Shown here piece by piece: positions 62,391 to 64,000 of a stretch of 64,000 bases of DNA (its first letter is position 1; each line of letters opens with the position of its first letter). The DNA comes from Centroscyllium fabricii (lineage: Eukaryota), in the NCBI GenBank assembly GCA_051313645.2, contig JBNRSN020000006.1:302560001-302624000 (forward strand), given 5' to 3'. Made by a program: the position numbers and the translations under genes. The notes below the pieces were generated by a model. That model searched no databases and had not been told where the DNA came from. It saw only the letters and a list, made by a program, of their open reading frames with translations.

Positions 62391-62984
62391 AAATTTTTTT
62401 TTTTTTTTAAAGGTGCTGTATTTCAGGTGAGACATTAACCCAAGGGCCCGTCTGTCCTCTCGTGTGGACATAAGAGCCTGTGGCACTATTTCAAAGAGGA
62501 GCCGGGGAACTCTATAAAGCGCTTTGGGACATCCTGAGGTTGTGAAAGGCGCCATGCAAATGAAAGTCTTTTCTTTTTGTACTGTTGGGAGAGACGAAAC
62601 CTGAGCATTGAATTTTCTTGCCTGCATGACTTGGATGGCACCGTGCAGTAGTGGTCTCCAGTCCGGCTCTCCAGTTATAAAGGGTTTTGATTGAGTAAAT
62701 AAGGGCCGATTGCTTCCAGTGGTGGAGGAACCAGGTGCAAGATAATTGGCAAAAAATCCAGTGGTGGGGAGGGGGGGGATGGTTTTTTACGTGGCAAGTT
62801 CTTGTGATCTGGAAGTGGAAGCGGATTCCGCTTTCAAAAGGGAATTGGCTACATAGTCGAAAAGGCGCAAAATCACAAATAAATCCAACGTGGAAGTCGC
62901 TCCCACAGGGAGTGGTTGAGGTGAATAGTATCGATGCGTTTAAGGGGAAGCTGGATAAACACAGGAGGGAGAAGGGAATGGAAG

Positions 62985-63975
62985 GACATAGGAAGGATGT
63001 GATTGCTTTGGAGAGGGTGCAGAGGAGATTCACCAGGATGTTACCTGGGCTGGAGCGCTTCAGCTATGAAGAGAGACTGGACAGGCTGGGGTTGTTTTCC
63101 TTCGAGCAGAGAAGGCTGAGGGGGGACCTGATTGAGGTGTACAAAATTATGAGGGACATAGATAGGGTAGATAGAAAGGAGCTTTTTCCCTTAGTAGAGG
63201 GGTCAATAACAAGGGGGCATAGTTTCAAGGTAAGGGGCGAGAGGTTTAGAGGGGATTTGAGGATGAAGTTATACATTTTGGAAAAAAAAAAATCATAGAG
63301 CAAGTTATTTTCTAAATGGGGAGGAGCTGCGTGGTAATACAATGCAAAGGGACCTGGGGGTACGAGTGCATGAATCATAAAAAGTTAGTATGCAGGTGCA
63401 GCAAGTGATTAGGAAGGCCAATGGAGTCTTAGCCTTTATTGCTAGGGGGATAGAGTATAAAAGCAGGGAGGTTTTGCTGCAGCTGTATACAGTATTGGTG
63501 AGACCGCATTTGGAATACTGTGTGCAGTTTTGCTGTCCATATTTAAGAAAGGATGTACTTGCTCTGGAGGCAGTGCAGAGAAGGTTTACACGGTTAATTC
63601 CAGGGATGAGGGGGTTGACATATGAGGAAAGGTTAAGTAGGTTGGGACTTTACTCATTAGAGTTCAGAAGAATGAGAGGCGATCTTATTGAAACGTATAA
63701 GATCGTGAGGGGCCTTGATCGGGTGGATGCGCTAAAGATGTTTCCAATGATCGGGGAGACCAGAACTAGGGGGCATAGTCTTAGAATAAGGGGGGGCTCT
63801 TTTAAAACTGAGATGAGGAGAAACTTCTTCACTCAGAGGGTGGTTAATCTATGGAATTCGCTGCCTCGGAGCTGTGGAAGCGGGAACGTTAAATAAATTT
63901 AAAACGGAAATAGACTTTTTTAACAGACAAGGGAATTAGGGGTTACGGGGAGCGGGCAGGGAAGTGGACCTGAGC
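62985..63975 (+). mobile_element. Two adjacent CR1 LINE 3' fragments
   Basis: LVRPHLEYCVQF and RRMRGDLIETYK motifs. Confidence 0.88.
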
Positions 63976-64000
63976 TATTGTTAGTATAGTAAGACCTGAG

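Overview
Vertebrate genomic DNA, almost certainly from a shark or other elasmobranch. This is inferred from the repeat content (HE1/V-SINE-like and DeuSINE/SacSINE1-like SINEs, CR1/HER1-type LINEs). It holds the divergent gene pair PSMA8-like (coding exon 1 on the minus strand, 2060-2161) and SS18 (coding exons 1-5 on the plus strand, 3779-60035; the gene continues past the window). The introns are saturated with transposable elements: a Gypsy-in-Gypsy nest inside a DeuSINE-derived minisatellite (19993-29425); a transposase-less PIF/Harbinger element with an intact two-exon MADF gene (33718-36246); fold-back Penelope-like insertions with hammerhead-like motifs; Tc1/mariner and hAT MITEs; a 5S-derived SINE-like chimera; and several TE-seeded GC-rich minisatellites. 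The most unusual signals are (1) an LTR retrotransposon whose primer-binding position is a perfect 13-nt complement of its own LTR poly(A)-signal region rather than of a tRNA, and (2) a roughly 40-copy 39-bp array in PSMA8 intron 1 in which most units carry UACUAAC plus UAAC half-sites on the transcribed strand. Family names come from recalled motifs, not database searches, and many repeat boundaries are approximate.
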